Position numbers and translations under genes: made by a program
NCBI GenBank assembly: GCA_046881825.1
Contig: JBKSMS010000012.1
Coordinates: 25,103-89,102 of the forward strand
Source: Alphaproteobacteria bacterium
Lineage (GTDB): Bacteria; Pseudomonadota; Alphaproteobacteria; Rs-D84
Direction of reading: 5' to 3'
Length of the DNA stretch: 64,000 nt
Notes under the pieces: generated by a model
What the model was told of the DNA's origin: nothing
The model's database searches: none
Seen by the model: the letters and a program-made list of their open reading frames with translations, nothing else
Shown here: positions 8,074 through 18,753 of the stretch, one piece after another
How positions within the stretch are numbered: the first letter of the stretch is position 1
Layout of the letters: each line of letters begins with the position of its first letter

Positions 8074-10488
8074 TTATAACTGTGCTTTGATTTCTTGGAC
8101 TTCATAGCATTCGACACGATCACCCTCTTTAAGGTCGTTGTACTTATCAAAGCTCATACCGAATTCTACGCCAGCGCCTGAAACCTCACTAACTTCGTTC
8201 TTTTCGCGACGCAATTCGCCAATTTTACCGTCATAAATCACGACATTATTACGCAGCAAACGAACGAACGCAGATTTCTTTACCACACCCTCACTGATGC
8301 GACACCCTGCAACTTTTGTGCCCTTGCCCACAGTAAACAGCGCTATAACATCTGCGTATCCGATAAAGTTTTCTTTGTGTTCTGGTGCTAATTTTCCAGA
8401 CAATATTTCTTTGATTTCATCGGTTATACGATAAACAACACTGTGATATCTTATGTCCACACCATTGTTTCTTGCCATATCACGTACCGCAGAATCAGCA
8501 CGCACATTAAACGCAATTATAACAGCACCTGATGCAGTTGCCAATCTGATATCACCTTCGGTAATTTGACCGACACCAGCAGACAACAATTCTACACCAG
8601 CCTTGTCAGAATTAAATCCACGTAACATGTCGGAAATAGCTTCAACAGAACCCTGTACATCTGCACGCAGAATAATCGGCAAAGTCAATTTTTTTGTTTC
8701 ATCACGTTTAGCAAACAACTCTTCTAACGAAGAACGTTTAACTGCATTTGCTTTGTCTTTGGCTTTTTGAACACGATATGCTGCAACTTCGCGTGTTTGC
8801 GCTTCGGTTTCCATAACATGCAATTCATCACCAGCACTTGGCACAGATTCCAATCCCAACACCATCGCAGGTTGACCTGGCTTTACAGATTTAACACGAA
8901 CACCATTTGAATTTATCAAACCACGGACACGACCAAATGTTTCGCCAACTACAAACACATCACCCACAGATAATGTTCCCTGACGAATCAAAATAGTCGC
9001 AACAGCACCCAATCCTTTTTCCATTTTTGCTTCGACTACATAAGCAGAAGCTAACATTTCTGGGTCTGCTTTTAAATCCATGATTTCTGCCTGTAATAAA
9101 ATAGCTTCTTCTAATTTGTCCAGTCCCATCTTGGTTTTCGCAGAAATTTCAACACATTGAACATCGCCACCCATTTCTTCAACTTGGACTTCTTGTTGCA
9201 AAAGATCTGTTTTTACACGCTGTGGGTTTGCTTCGGGTAAATCACATTTATTGATTGCAACGATAAAAGGAACCTTGGCTGCGCGAATATGATTTATCGC
9301 TTCGACAGTCTGTGGCATAATTGAATCATTAGCAGCAACAACCAAAACTACTATATCAGCAATCTGTGCACCACGCGCACGCATCGCAGTAAATGTTTCA
9401 TGTCCAGGTGTATCCAAAAATGTTATCATCGCACCAGATTTAGTTTTAACTTCGTACGAAGAAATGTGCTGAGTGATTCCACCCGCTTCGCCCGCCGCTA
9501 CATTTGCATTACGGAACGCATCAAGTAATGAAGTTTTACCATGGTCCACATGTCCGACAACCGTCACAACTGGTGAACGCGGTTGTAATCTTTCTGGGTT
9601 TGGTTGCTGTTCCAAAATATCAGCATAAGGTTTCACAACAACGCGTTTAACTGTTGCACCAAATTCACTTGCGACCAATTCAGCAGTATCCGCATCAATA
9701 GATTGATTCTGTGAAGCCATCATGCCCATTTCCATCAATTTCTTGATAACATTACCGACCTTTTCAGCCATTGCTGCCGCCAAATCTTTGACAGTTATGG
9801 TATCACCAAGTGTCACAACATGTTCAACCTTTTGCGGTGCAGTAAACACAGCACGCGCTTTTTCACGAAAACGTTTAAGTGATGCTTCGCTGCGTCTGCG
9901 GTTTGCACCACGCAAGCCGATTTCATCATCGTCATCGTCTTCGCCACCACCAATAACAATATCATGGATAGATATTTTTCCGCCTTTTTTGAAATCTTTT
10001 TTGAACCGATTTTGTTTTCCACCGCGACCGCCCATATCGTCATCATCATCATTGCGACGATTGTTATGGTTTTGTGATACAAAATTAGCCTTTTTAGATT
10101 CGTGAGTGTTTTCACGCGGGACAACATTAACAACTTGTTCGACAGGTTGCTGTTGTTCTTCAGCATTTTCGCGTTGTGCCAACTGTTCTTTGACTGCTTT
10201 GTATTCACGATTTTCGCGTTCGATTTCAGCCTGACGCGCAGCGCGTGCCGCTTCTTCTTCGGCTTCGCGTTTTTTGCGCTCTTCGTCACGCGCCTTTGCC
10301 GCAGCCAACACAGCGCGCAATTTTTCATCAGCCGCATTGCGTGTTGGTTCAACCCGTTTCGGTTCTTCACGTAATTCTTTGCTACCTGGTGCAACGATAC
10401 GCCGACGACGTTCTACAAAAACAGCATCGCCTTTTTTGCTTTGCACTGCACCAATTGTCACTGATTTTCCAAGTGTTAATGTTGCCAT
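8074..10488 (-). CDS. infB: Translation initiation factor IF-2
   Basis: The G domain shows [25 protein letters not shown] and NKCD. The N-terminal region is charged, with two poly-Asp tracts. Confidence 0.97.
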   Translation of the reverse strand: MATLTLGKSVTIGAVQSKKGDAVFVERRRRIVAPGSKELREEPKRVEPTRNAADEKLRAVLAAAKARDEERKKREAEEEAARAARQAEIERENREYKAVKEQLAQRENAEEQQQPVEQVVNVVPRENTHESKKANFVSQNHNNRRNDDDDDMGGRGGKQNRFKKDFKKGGKISIHDIVIGGGEDDDDDEIGLRGANRRRSEASLKRFREKARAVFTAPQKVEHVVTLGDTITVKDLAAAMAEKVGNVIKKLMEMGMMASQNQSIDADTAELVASEFGATVKRVVVKPYADILEQQPNPERLQPRSPVVTVVGHVDHGKTSLLDAFRNANVAAGEAGGITQHISSYEVKTKSGAMITFLDTPGHETFTAMRARGAQIADIVVLVVAANDSIMPQTVEAINHIRAAKVPFIVAINKCDLPEANPQRVKTDLLQQEVQVEEMGGDVQCVEISAKTKMGLDKLEEAILLQAEIMDLKADPEMLASAYVVEAKMEKGLGAVATILIRQGTLSVGDVFVVGETFGRVRGLINSNGVRVKSVKPGQPAMVLGLESVPSAGDELHVMETEAQTREVAAYRVQKAKDKANAVKRSSLEELFAKRDETKKLTLPIILRADVQGSVEAISDMLRGFNSDKAGVELLSAGVGQITEGDIRLATASGAVIIAFNVRADSAVRDMARNNGVDIRYHSVVYRITDEIKEILSGKLAPEHKENFIGYADVIALFTVGKGTKVAGCRISEGVVKKSAFVRLLRNNVVIYDGKIGELRREKNEVSEVSGAGVEFGMSFDKYNDLKEGDRVECYEVQEIKAQL

Positions 10489-10526
10489 ATTTTAACCTTT
10501 GGTTAATTTATTTCCTTGATGTTGTT

Positions 10527-12068
10527 TTAAGCATCTTCTTCTGGAACTATGCCATAAGCCAATTCACGCGCCTTCATAATCACGCGATCAGCTAGACGCA
10601 ACGACATATTGTCTTCGCCCAAGATTTCGACCAATTCATCAGATGCCAGGTCTGCTAAATCAGACAAAGATTTTATCCCGGCTTCGCCCAGTTTAATAAT
10701 TGTTGGACGTTTGATAAAATCAAATTTCAATAAATCATCAGCCATTCCAGCCTTGTGCCCATTATCGAAATAATCTTGTTCTATCTTTGCCAGATAAGCC
10801 TTTGCACGATTTTGCAATTCTGTTGCCAATTCTGGATTGAAACCTTCAATAGATTCTAATTCAGCCAATTCAACATAAGCAATTTCTTCAATTGTTCTGA
10901 ATCCTTCGGTGATTAAAAGCTGTGCGATTGTTTCATCAACATCCAGCGCAGAAGTGAACAATTCTGTCTTTTCTTTGAATTCTTTGGCACGACGTTCTTG
11001 TTCTTCGGCTTCGCTCATAACGTCAATATTCCACCCAGTTAGTTGAGAAGCAAGACGAACATTTTGTCCGCGACGACCAATCGCCAAAGATTGTTGGTCT
11101 TCGGTCACAACCACAGCCGCAGTATGTGTGTCTTCATCAACTATAATTTTTGCAACTTTTGCAGGTTGCATCGCGTTAACAATAAACACAGCCGGATCTT
11201 CCGAATACAAAATTACATCGATTTTTTCACCATGACATTCATTTATCACAGGTTGAATACGCGTTCCTTTGATACCTACAGTCATCCCCACAGCATCAAT
11301 AGACGGATCCAATGTTTCCACTGCGATTTTAGCATGCGACCCAGGTGCACGAGATACCGATTTAATTTTAATAATACCTTCGTAAATTTCTGGAACTTCT
11401 TGGGTGAACAATTTTTCCATAAACAAAGGATGTGTTCTGGTTAAAAAGATTTGTGGCCCAGAATTAGAACGAACCACATCCATAATCAAAGCACGAACGC
11501 GATCACCCACAGCCAATCTTTCACCTGGGATTAATTCTGTATTTTTAATATAGCCTTCTGCTTTGCCATTGATATCAACGAAAACACTGCCGAATTCAAT
11601 GCGTTTAACAACCCCATTGACAATATCACCAATGTTTTCTTTGAATTCTTCATATTGTCTGCCTTTTTCAGCATCCCTAACACGCGCAGACATAATTTGA
11701 CGCGCAGTTTGAAAAGCCATACGACCAAATTCAGGTTCAGGCAACATATCTTCAACTACATCACCAACAACAGGATTCTTAGAATATTTTTTTGCCTGTG
11801 CCACAGTCAACATGGTATTTGCATCATAGTCTTCGCCAGCACTTTCTGGAGATTCAATAACATCAAATAAACGTTTTACATGGATTGCGCCATTTTTACG
11901 GTCAATCTGTGCAACGATATTAAATTCTTCGCCGTATTTATGTTTAGCAATCTTGGCGATAGCCGCTTCCAAAGATTCAATAACTGTTTCCCTGTCTATC
12001 ATTTTTTCTTGCGCCAAAGAATCAATGGCTAATAATAAATCCTGACGTGGCATAGATTCAAAAGACAT
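10527..12068 (-). CDS. nusA: Transcription termination/antitermination factor NusA
   Basis: S1 and KH domains are present (GDIVNGVVKRIEFGSVFVDI, RAPGSHAKIAV, AIGRRGQNVRLASQLTGWNIDV). C-terminal acidic repeats are present. Confidence 0.95.
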   Translation of the reverse strand: MSFESMPRQDLLLAIDSLAQEKMIDRETVIESLEAAIAKIAKHKYGEEFNIVAQIDRKNGAIHVKRLFDVIESPESAGEDYDANTMLTVAQAKKYSKNPVVGDVVEDMLPEPEFGRMAFQTARQIMSARVRDAEKGRQYEEFKENIGDIVNGVVKRIEFGSVFVDINGKAEGYIKNTELIPGERLAVGDRVRALIMDVVRSNSGPQIFLTRTHPLFMEKLFTQEVPEIYEGIIKIKSVSRAPGSHAKIAVETLDPSIDAVGMTVGIKGTRIQPVINECHGEKIDVILYSEDPAVFIVNAMQPAKVAKIIVDEDTHTAAVVVTEDQQSLAIGRRGQNVRLASQLTGWNIDVMSEAEEQERRAKEFKEKTELFTSALDVDETIAQLLITEGFRTIEEIAYVELAELESIEGFNPELATELQNRAKAYLAKIEQDYFDNGHKAGMADDLLKFDFIKRPTIIKLGEAGIKSLSDLADLASDELVEILGEDNMSLRLADRVIMKARELAYGIVPEEDA

Positions 12069-12102
12069 TTGCTTTCTCCTTCGTTTTATCGTCTTTTATT
12101 CA

Positions 12103-12130
12103 AAGGGCGGGGTCTTTCGACCCCGCCCTT
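12103..12130. other. Isolated GC-rich perfect hairpin upstream of nusA
   Basis: AAGGGCGGGGTC-TTTC-GACCCCGCCCTT has no adjacent T-run on either strand. It lies about 35 nt 5' of the nusA start, where rimP is normally found. Confidence 0.6.
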
Positions 12131-12277
12131 AAAACTCACTTTTAAGAACTTAGCTTTATTATCGTCCCCGAATCGCTAAAAATCAAGTAAAAAATTATCT
12201 TTTTTCAAACAGCTGTGTATTTATATTATTTCTATTGTTGCTTGACGGTTGTTGTTTTGGGCTTTATACTTTGTATC

Positions 12278-13339
12278 ATGAATATTATTAACAGATATTT
12301 TCGAAAACAGCTGGTCGGTATATTCATCATGTTGCTGCTTATCCTGGTTGGGGTTGCGTGGATGATGCAGATAATGACTATGATGAAATTTTTACTTACT
12401 TACGGTGTCGATTTTTCAAGCTTTGTATACCTGACTTCGCTGATGATTCCGTTTATAATTTCTATTATCGTGCCGTTCGTCACATTTATCACGATAATCT
12501 TTATTTATAATAAAATGATTTCAGAAAATGAAATAACTGTTATGGCGGCTTCGGGTTTGTCCCCATGGCAAATCGCAAAACCAGCTTTGAAGTTCGCTGC
12601 CGTTTTAACAATATTGCATTTGATTTTAAATATTTGGATTGTACCATCCAGTCAAGCTTTGTTTTACAGCACTCAATGGAATTTGCGCTATGGTTTGGCG
12701 CATTTGAAATTACAAGAAGGTGCTTTTACAAAACTTGCCAATGGGTTGGTTGTTTATGTTGATAATGTATCTGGGAATGATTTAAACCAATTAATGATAT
12801 CTGATACGCGCAAAGAAAAAAATCAAATGATGGTTTTCGCAGAACGTGGGAAATTAGTTTCTACAATTCATGGATTATCCATTGTGACAAATAATGGTTC
12901 ATTACAAATGTCTGGGAAAAATGGATTTACAACTGGAACTTTTGACAGTTTAGGCATGGATTTAAATCTGGTGGAAAACGATGCAGATATGTCTTTCCGT
13001 GTTCGCCGTATCCCAACATCTGTATTACTAGAATCTGTGGTTTCTCAAGATAATTCCAGACAACATAAATTGACTTTGGTTGAAATATGCACGCGCCTTA
13101 TTAATCCGTTTATGAATTTAATTTTAGCGATTGTTTGTACTTTGGTTTTGTTAAAAACTTCCCTTTTGCGCAGACGCGCCAGTTTTGCCCCTGCCATCGC
13201 AGTATTGTCAATGGCAGTTATTATGGCATCTTATATGTCTTTGTCTAATATGGTGGACAGTTTAACTGATGTTGGACTGGTTGCATTAGGGGTCTTGGTT
13301 GTATTATGTGGTTTGATTGGTTTACTGTTAAAAAAATGA
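12278..13339 (+). CDS. LPS export ABC permease, LptF/LptG (YjgP/YjgQ) family
   Basis: MNIINRYFRKQL is followed by multiple TM segments and a central periplasmic domain. It is immediately followed by lptD with an ATGA overlap. Confidence 0.8.
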   Translation: MNIINRYFRKQLVGIFIMLLLILVGVAWMMQIMTMMKFLLTYGVDFSSFVYLTSLMIPFIISIIVPFVTFITIIFIYNKMISENEITVMAASGLSPWQIAKPALKFAAVLTILHLILNIWIVPSSQALFYSTQWNLRYGLAHLKLQEGAFTKLANGLVVYVDNVSGNDLNQLMISDTRKEKNQMMVFAERGKLVSTIHGLSIVTNNGSLQMSGKNGFTTGTFDSLGMDLNLVENDADMSFRVRRIPTSVLLESVVSQDNSRQHKLTLVEICTRLINPFMNLILAIVCTLVLLKTSLLRRRASFAPAIAVLSMAVIMASYMSLSNMVDSLTDVGLVALGVLVVLCGLIGLLLKK

Positions 13340-15372
13340 AATATTTGGTATCATTTTTATCAATCTTTGTCTTGCCAAATATTGCGTTGGCTTTGGGGGT
13401 AGATTTAAATTCGCCAAAAACAATCAAATCTGATTCAATCGAATACAATGTAAAGACGGAAGAAATTAAGACTTCGGGCAATACAGAAATGACTAATGCC
13501 AGTGGACAACGCGTTAAACTAAATAATTTAACAATATCCAAAGACAAAAATAATCTGGTCACAGATGATATTGAATTATGGCTGGGGAAACACGTTTATA
13601 TTCGCGCAGAAGAAATAACACGAAACGATGCTAAAACTGTTGCCAAGGATGCTGAATTTACCGCATGTGATGGGTGTGATGATTATGGAAACGCATGGGA
13701 AATATTTGGTAAAAAGATAATTCATGATTCAAATGAAAAAATGCTTTATTTTCATAATGCTTCTTTTTGGGTTTATAATGATACTTTTCCTATTTTATGG
13801 TTGCCGTATTATGAAATGCCTGATCCTTCTGTAAAATACAAGACTGGTTTTTTGAACCCCAGTTTTAATTCCACTAATGATATGGGATTACAAATAAACA
13901 TACCTTTTTACATTAATTTTTCAAATACACATGATTTGACGACAACTCTTTCATATTTGACCAAAGAAAATCCATTATTCCAGGCAGAACATAGATTAAA
14001 TCTGCGTCATTCAGAATTTAGAACCAAGGGTTCATTTACCCACAACAAAGAAGGTGAAAATCGTTGGCATATTTACAATAACGATAAAATTGAATTGGGC
14101 GAAAATGCCCGCGCTTATGTTTACATCGCAAGAACATCTGATAAAACATATTTGCAGAAATACGATTTCTATGATTATCAACCTTACTTAGATTCTGGGG
14201 CTAAATTGGAATTATTTGGTCAGACCAGCTATGTTGTTGCTGACACACATATATTCCAAGAACTTCGTCAAGCGTACGGAAACCAACATTCAATTTCTGG
14301 CAATATATTACCTAATATCCGCGGAACATATCAAACAGACCCATTTTTCAAAGAAACTTACCTGAATTTTTCTGGTGATATCTTGGGCGTTTCTGGGGAT
14401 GATTCAAACAGCCAACGTCTTATTGGCGAAGCACGCATAATTTCCCCATGGACTTTGTGGTGGGGAAATCGTATTACTGCCAGTGTGGCTGCACGTTACG
14501 ATATTTATAATTTTGATAAAACATCTATATATGAAGACGGACAACAGACAGATTCTTTTTCAGGGGTGAAATCTCGTTTTTTACCAAATGGTTATGTTGA
14601 ATGGGGGTTGCCGTTATACAGTGTTGAAAATAGTTGGACTTATATTATTGAACCACGCGCGCGTTTGACATTGATGCAACACACAAATAAAGACGCTGTA
14701 TTTGCTGTGAACAATGATTCTGCTGGGCGCTTTTTGTCAGATACGACCTTGTTTTCAGATAACAGATTTGCGGGATTGGATGTTTGGGAAAACGGAAATT
14801 TCATAGATTACGGTGCAAGATGGGCGGCGTTTAATGAAAATCATAATATTGAAATTTTCTTGGGGCAAACATACGATTTTAACACAGAATCTAAAGACGG
14901 AGATTTTAATGACAATGGATTCAGAAATGGTTTTTCTGACTATGTTGGTCGCGTTTCTTATTCAAGAAAATATTTTCAAATTGCCAGTCGTTTCCGTTTT
15001 GACCGCGAAAATATCGGACTTAGCCATATTGAAAATTCATTATATGTTGGCAAGGACGGATATTATTTATCTGTCGGTCACATATGGGATACGCAACCCA
15101 TTGATGTTTTTTCAACCACAGACAAAGATACTCATGAAATTTCTGCGGGGGCTGGGATTCCTTTGACAGAACGGTTGCGTATTGCAGGGTCTGTGATTTA
15201 TAATGCTTATGAACATTTAGTTCAAAGACATTCTAGCGGAATTTATTACGAACATCCATGTTATCACTTTTCATTGGAATACAGTCGTGATAACACTATT
15301 AAATATGAATATGTTGGAAATACTACTTACAGATTCAAATTCGGCATAAGTATTGATGGAAAACATTATTAA
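13336..15372 (+). CDS. lptD: LPS-assembly outer membrane protein LptD
   Basis: It has a signal peptide MKYLVSFLSIFVLPNIALA, an OstA-like N-domain, a large aromatic-rich beta-barrel region and a terminal aromatic residue. Confidence 0.85.
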   Translation: MKYLVSFLSIFVLPNIALALGVDLNSPKTIKSDSIEYNVKTEEIKTSGNTEMTNASGQRVKLNNLTISKDKNNLVTDDIELWLGKHVYIRAEEITRNDAKTVAKDAEFTACDGCDDYGNAWEIFGKKIIHDSNEKMLYFHNASFWVYNDTFPILWLPYYEMPDPSVKYKTGFLNPSFNSTNDMGLQINIPFYINFSNTHDLTTTLSYLTKENPLFQAEHRLNLRHSEFRTKGSFTHNKEGENRWHIYNNDKIELGENARAYVYIARTSDKTYLQKYDFYDYQPYLDSGAKLELFGQTSYVVADTHIFQELRQAYGNQHSISGNILPNIRGTYQTDPFFKETYLNFSGDILGVSGDDSNSQRLIGEARIISPWTLWWGNRITASVAARYDIYNFDKTSIYEDGQQTDSFSGVKSRFLPNGYVEWGLPLYSVENSWTYIIEPRARLTLMQHTNKDAVFAVNNDSAGRFLSDTTLFSDNRFAGLDVWENGNFIDYGARWAAFNENHNIEIFLGQTYDFNTESKDGDFNDNGFRNGFSDYVGRVSYSRKYFQIASRFRFDRENIGLSHIENSLYVGKDGYYLSVGHIWDTQPIDVFSTTDKDTHEISAGAGIPLTERLRIAGSVIYNAYEHLVQRHSSGIYYEHPCYHFSLEYSRDNTIKYEYVGNTTYRFKFGISIDGKHY

Positions 15373-15386
15373 AAAGGAAAAAGGAT

Positions 15387-16211
15387 ATGAAAAAAATATT
15401 TGGTATTTTAACAACTTTGATTTTAATTACAAATTACGCAAATGGTGCGACTGTGATTGGAACTGTTAATGGAAATCCAATTACTGATTCTGATATAACT
15501 GCGCGCACAGAATTGATGGCAAAGCAAGGAAAAACTTCTGCGACAAACCGCAAGCAAGCATTTCAAAACATTGTCGATGATTATGTAAAATTAGACCATG
15601 CAGCGAAATTCAATGTCAAACCAACAGACAAAGATGCAGACAAAGAATTAAAACGCATGGGACTGGTTGATTTAAGTCCAACAATGCGTTCTATGGCGCG
15701 TCTGGCTGTGCGTGCTGATATCGCATGGCAGGTTATGGTTGCTAAAACAATTGTCCCAACAATAGAAGTTTCAAAATCTGATATTGAAAAAGAAAAATCA
15801 AAAATAGCACGCGAACACGGGTTGCCAATTGAAATGACCTTGATTCGTATTACTGGGGTGCCAGATGAAATTGCAACCAAACTTAGCAAACCCAAAAATT
15901 GTGAAGCAGCTGAAACAATGATTGAAGATTTGGGTGGTTATCCACAAAAAATTACTGCTATGCATTATGAATTAGCCGAAGATATACGCGCAAAAATTTC
16001 TGGCTTGCCATTATTGACTTGGTCAAAGGTTGAAGATGGTTCTGCTGTTTTAATTTGCAGTGAAAAAAAAGGCAAAGAATACAAAAACTTAAATAATGTA
16101 ATAAAACAAAATGCAGAATTTAGAAAGGCATCAACAGTTGCTGACCAACAATTAAAACAGTTGCGCCGCAAAGCAATTATAATAATCAACGACGACAGAT
16201 ATAAATTATGA
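15387..16211 (+). CDS. SurA N-terminal-domain chaperone-like protein
   Basis: A signal peptide and IGTVNGNPITDSDITARTEL match a SurA_N-like start. It follows lptD. No clear parvulin motif was seen. Confidence 0.6.
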   Translation: MKKIFGILTTLILITNYANGATVIGTVNGNPITDSDITARTELMAKQGKTSATNRKQAFQNIVDDYVKLDHAAKFNVKPTDKDADKELKRMGLVDLSPTMRSMARLAVRADIAWQVMVAKTIVPTIEVSKSDIEKEKSKIAREHGLPIEMTLIRITGVPDEIATKLSKPKNCEAAETMIEDLGGYPQKITAMHYELAEDIRAKISGLPLLTWSKVEDGSAVLICSEKKGKEYKNLNNVIKQNAEFRKASTVADQQLKQLRRKAIIIINDDRYKL

Positions 16212-17314
16212 AACCTGTATTATTTAATTTTAACGACAGTGAATTAGAAAAATTCGTTACGGATTTATCATTGCCACGATTTCGCGCTAAACAGATTCGT
16301 GAATGGTTAAATCGTGGCGCACCTGATTTTGGTGTAATGAAAAATTTGCCCATTGATTTGCGTGAAAAATTAAATGAAGCAGCAGAAACTTTGCCAGTGA
16401 AAATTATTAAAAAATTAGAAAGCAGCGACAATCAAACAACTAAATTTTTGCTGGAATTAAAAGACGGGGAACAAATAGAATGTGTTTTAATGCGCACAAC
16501 ATACGGCAACAGTGTTTGCGTATCGTCCCAAGCAGGATGCGCAATGGGATGCAAATTTTGTGCTTCGACTTTGCTTGGGCTTAAACGCAATTTGACAGTA
16601 AATGAAATGTTCGCACAAATTTTGGTGGCTCAATGGGAATTGCGTGGCGACAGATTACGCGATATACATCCAAACGGTGACGCAAACAACGGCGATGTTT
16701 CACACATAGTTGTTATGGGCACAGGCGAACCATTACAAAATACAGAAAATGTTATTGGCTTTTTAGAACGCGCGAATTCTGAATTAAATATATCTTGGCG
16801 GCGAATAACTGTATCGACTTGTGGGATTGTGCCCGGAATCGAAGAATTAAACAAATGGGGGCGCCCGATTAATTTAGCTATATCTTTGCATGCCCCAGAT
16901 GATGAATTGCGTTCAAAAATCATGCCGATAAATAACAGATATAAACTACACGAAGTTCTTGATGCCGCATTCACGTTTTCTGACACACACAATCGCCAAT
17001 TAATGATTGAATATATACTGTTAGGCAAAAAAGACAAAGATGGTTCTGTGGCGCTTTATAACGCAACTGAAGAGCATGCGTTAAAACTGGTTGATTTAAT
17101 GCGTGGACATAATGTTATGGTAAATCTTATTCCATGGAACAGTGTTGATGAACGCGATTTTGCTTCCATTTCTGGAAATGCGGTTCACAGATTTCAAGAT
17201 ATTTTGATTAAAAATGGGATACACACGCGAATAAGGCGGGAACGGGGGGCAGATATAGGTTCTGCGTGCGGACAATTAAGATTAAAAAACAAAAGGATAA
17301 AAGATGAAGCTTAA
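16208..17314 (+). CDS. rlmN: 23S rRNA/tRNA m2A methyltransferase RlmN (radical SAM)
   Basis: FRAKQIREW, SSQAGCAMGCKFCAS, VVMGTGEPL and the C-terminal GADIGSACGQL are present. Confidence 0.93.
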   Translation: MKPVLFNFNDSELEKFVTDLSLPRFRAKQIREWLNRGAPDFGVMKNLPIDLREKLNEAAETLPVKIIKKLESSDNQTTKFLLELKDGEQIECVLMRTTYGNSVCVSSQAGCAMGCKFCASTLLGLKRNLTVNEMFAQILVAQWELRGDRLRDIHPNGDANNGDVSHIVVMGTGEPLQNTENVIGFLERANSELNISWRRITVSTCGIVPGIEELNKWGRPINLAISLHAPDDELRSKIMPINNRYKLHEVLDAAFTFSDTHNRQLMIEYILLGKKDKDGSVALYNATEEHALKLVDLMRGHNVMVNLIPWNSVDERDFASISGNAVHRFQDILIKNGIHTRIRRERGADIGSACGQLRLKNKRIKDEA

Positions 17315-17425
17315 ATACATAACATGTTCAGACCCACGCGAACATAATTCGATTAAATCAATAATGGAATTGGCGCGCATGCCGAATGCAGAAATTGCTG
17401 TTCAATGCCACCCTTCGAAAATGTC

Positions 17426-18730
17426 TTAATTTTTCAACATGTTTGGATTATTATCATCTGATTTTCTTGGGGCTGTTATACTAATTCCATCTAATAACCG
17501 AAAACATTTGCCTTCGTAATCTACATTGAAACCCTCCATACATTGACATTTACCCCCAATCCAATTACCACCACTGTCTTTACACTTAAATTTTTTTGTT
17601 TCTTGGGGAACATTGGTTGTTGTTTTTGTCACAGAACCATTACCCTGCCCGCTGGCTGATGTTCCAGATTTATCTGTTGACAAATTTTTATTGTTGTTGT
17701 TGATGTTCGAAGATGTTATGGAAACATCTGACAAATCTATTTCTTCATATTCTGATTCAATGCACCCCTCAGAATCATCCCAAATAGAAAGTCCCGGACA
17801 CAAACATGTGTTATATTGGTCATCCCAATCACCCAAAGTCATATAACATTTATCTTCCGCGTTATATTCGATATTATTATTACCGTTACTATTGCCATCA
17901 CTATTATTATTAGAATTTGACGAATTTTTATTGCTGACGGGACCGGTAGATAATGATGGACATTGCCCCATAAAATTAGCGGTACCATACAAACAGTAAC
18001 ATGTACCAGGGACAGCGGAAATTCCACCAGAATTTTTACAATTTTCTGTGAAGGTATCAACCGCAACATCTGTGCTATCTAAAAACTTTGCTTCTTCAAT
18101 CTCATTAAACAAATGCGTTCCGCATTCTTTATCCGTTACTGCCGCTTTAAAGACCCCCTGTAAAAAATCATCTACACCATCACAATCTTTGAATTTTGTG
18201 CCTTTTTTGCATGCAAACCTATAACCGTGCCATATTATACCACCATCTTCATCTACGACTTCTTCTAACAAGTCGTCTAATTCTTCTTTTAGTCCAGTAT
18301 AAGAATCTTGATATTTGCTTGGAATTCCGACTGTGAATTCCCCGTTAACCCGGTTAATACATTGTTGTTGGTTTTCGTTTATCGGTGCAGGGGTCGGATT
18401 TGATTTCTTTTGTTGTTTTTTTGCAATTTTTTCTTTTTCGTCTGCAATTGCTTTTTCTTTTGCTTCTATGTCTTTGTTCTTTTTAGCAATGGCATCATCG
18501 TATTCTTGTAATTTTTGTGCTTCGGCTATATTACCCGCAACACCAACCGCGGTAAGACCTATCGTGGAAAGCCCCGCTATCTTTAAGCCCTTTGACGAAC
18601 CCATACATTTTTCCAACTCTTCCATCTTGCGTTGTTTTTCGCGAACCAGTTGTGTATAGCGCGCCCCGGCCCCAAAACAAATATTTGGCGCAATCGCAAC
18701 AATCAAGCCAAGCAAAAAATATTTTTTCAT
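17426..18730 (-). CDS. Secreted cysteine-rich protein with coiled-coil, Asn/Ser-rich linkers and EGF-like CxC modules
   Basis: The signal peptide is MKKYFLLGLIVAIAPNICFGAG, followed by a Gly/Ala hydrophobic stretch and a Lys/Glu coiled coil. There are three CxC modules. The last, CQCMEGFNVDYEGKC, fits C-x-C-x2-G-F-x7-C. Poly-N/S linkers are present. Confidence 0.6.
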   Translation of the reverse strand: MKKYFLLGLIVAIAPNICFGAGARYTQLVREKQRKMEELEKCMGSSKGLKIAGLSTIGLTAVGVAGNIAEAQKLQEYDDAIAKKNKDIEAKEKAIADEKEKIAKKQQKKSNPTPAPINENQQQCINRVNGEFTVGIPSKYQDSYTGLKEELDDLLEEVVDEDGGIIWHGYRFACKKGTKFKDCDGVDDFLQGVFKAAVTDKECGTHLFNEIEEAKFLDSTDVAVDTFTENCKNSGGISAVPGTCYCLYGTANFMGQCPSLSTGPVSNKNSSNSNNNSDGNSNGNNNIEYNAEDKCYMTLGDWDDQYNTCLCPGLSIWDDSEGCIESEYEEIDLSDVSITSSNINNNNKNLSTDKSGTSASGQGNGSVTKTTTNVPQETKKFKCKDSGGNWIGGKCQCMEGFNVDYEGKCFRLLDGISITAPRKSDDNNPNMLKN

Positions 18731-18753
18731 GTCATAAACCCTCAAAATTTTAT

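Noticed and set aside
9722-10595. Cluster of 73-193 aa ORFs in other frames or antisense within the infB 5' region (9722-10105, 9813-10394, 10102-10374, 10245-10595, 10274-10495)
   Set aside because: They lie inside a confidently identified IF-2 gene. The low-complexity Lys/Glu/Arg/Asp-coding repeats keep alternative frames open, and the products are low-complexity.
12215-12277. N-terminal extensions given in the ORF track for many genes (lptF/G 12215, lptD 13306, parA 25713, UDG 27933, TolC 39013, accB 42651, rnpA 43287, mreB 43320, metG 44690, queH 46290, fabD 46925, rpmI 59040, mreC 59100, mrdA 60391)
   Set aside because: The extensions start at non-ATG or unsupported codons and add hydrophobic or odd residues. 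They often overlap the upstream gene. Internal ATGs reproduce the canonical family N-termini.
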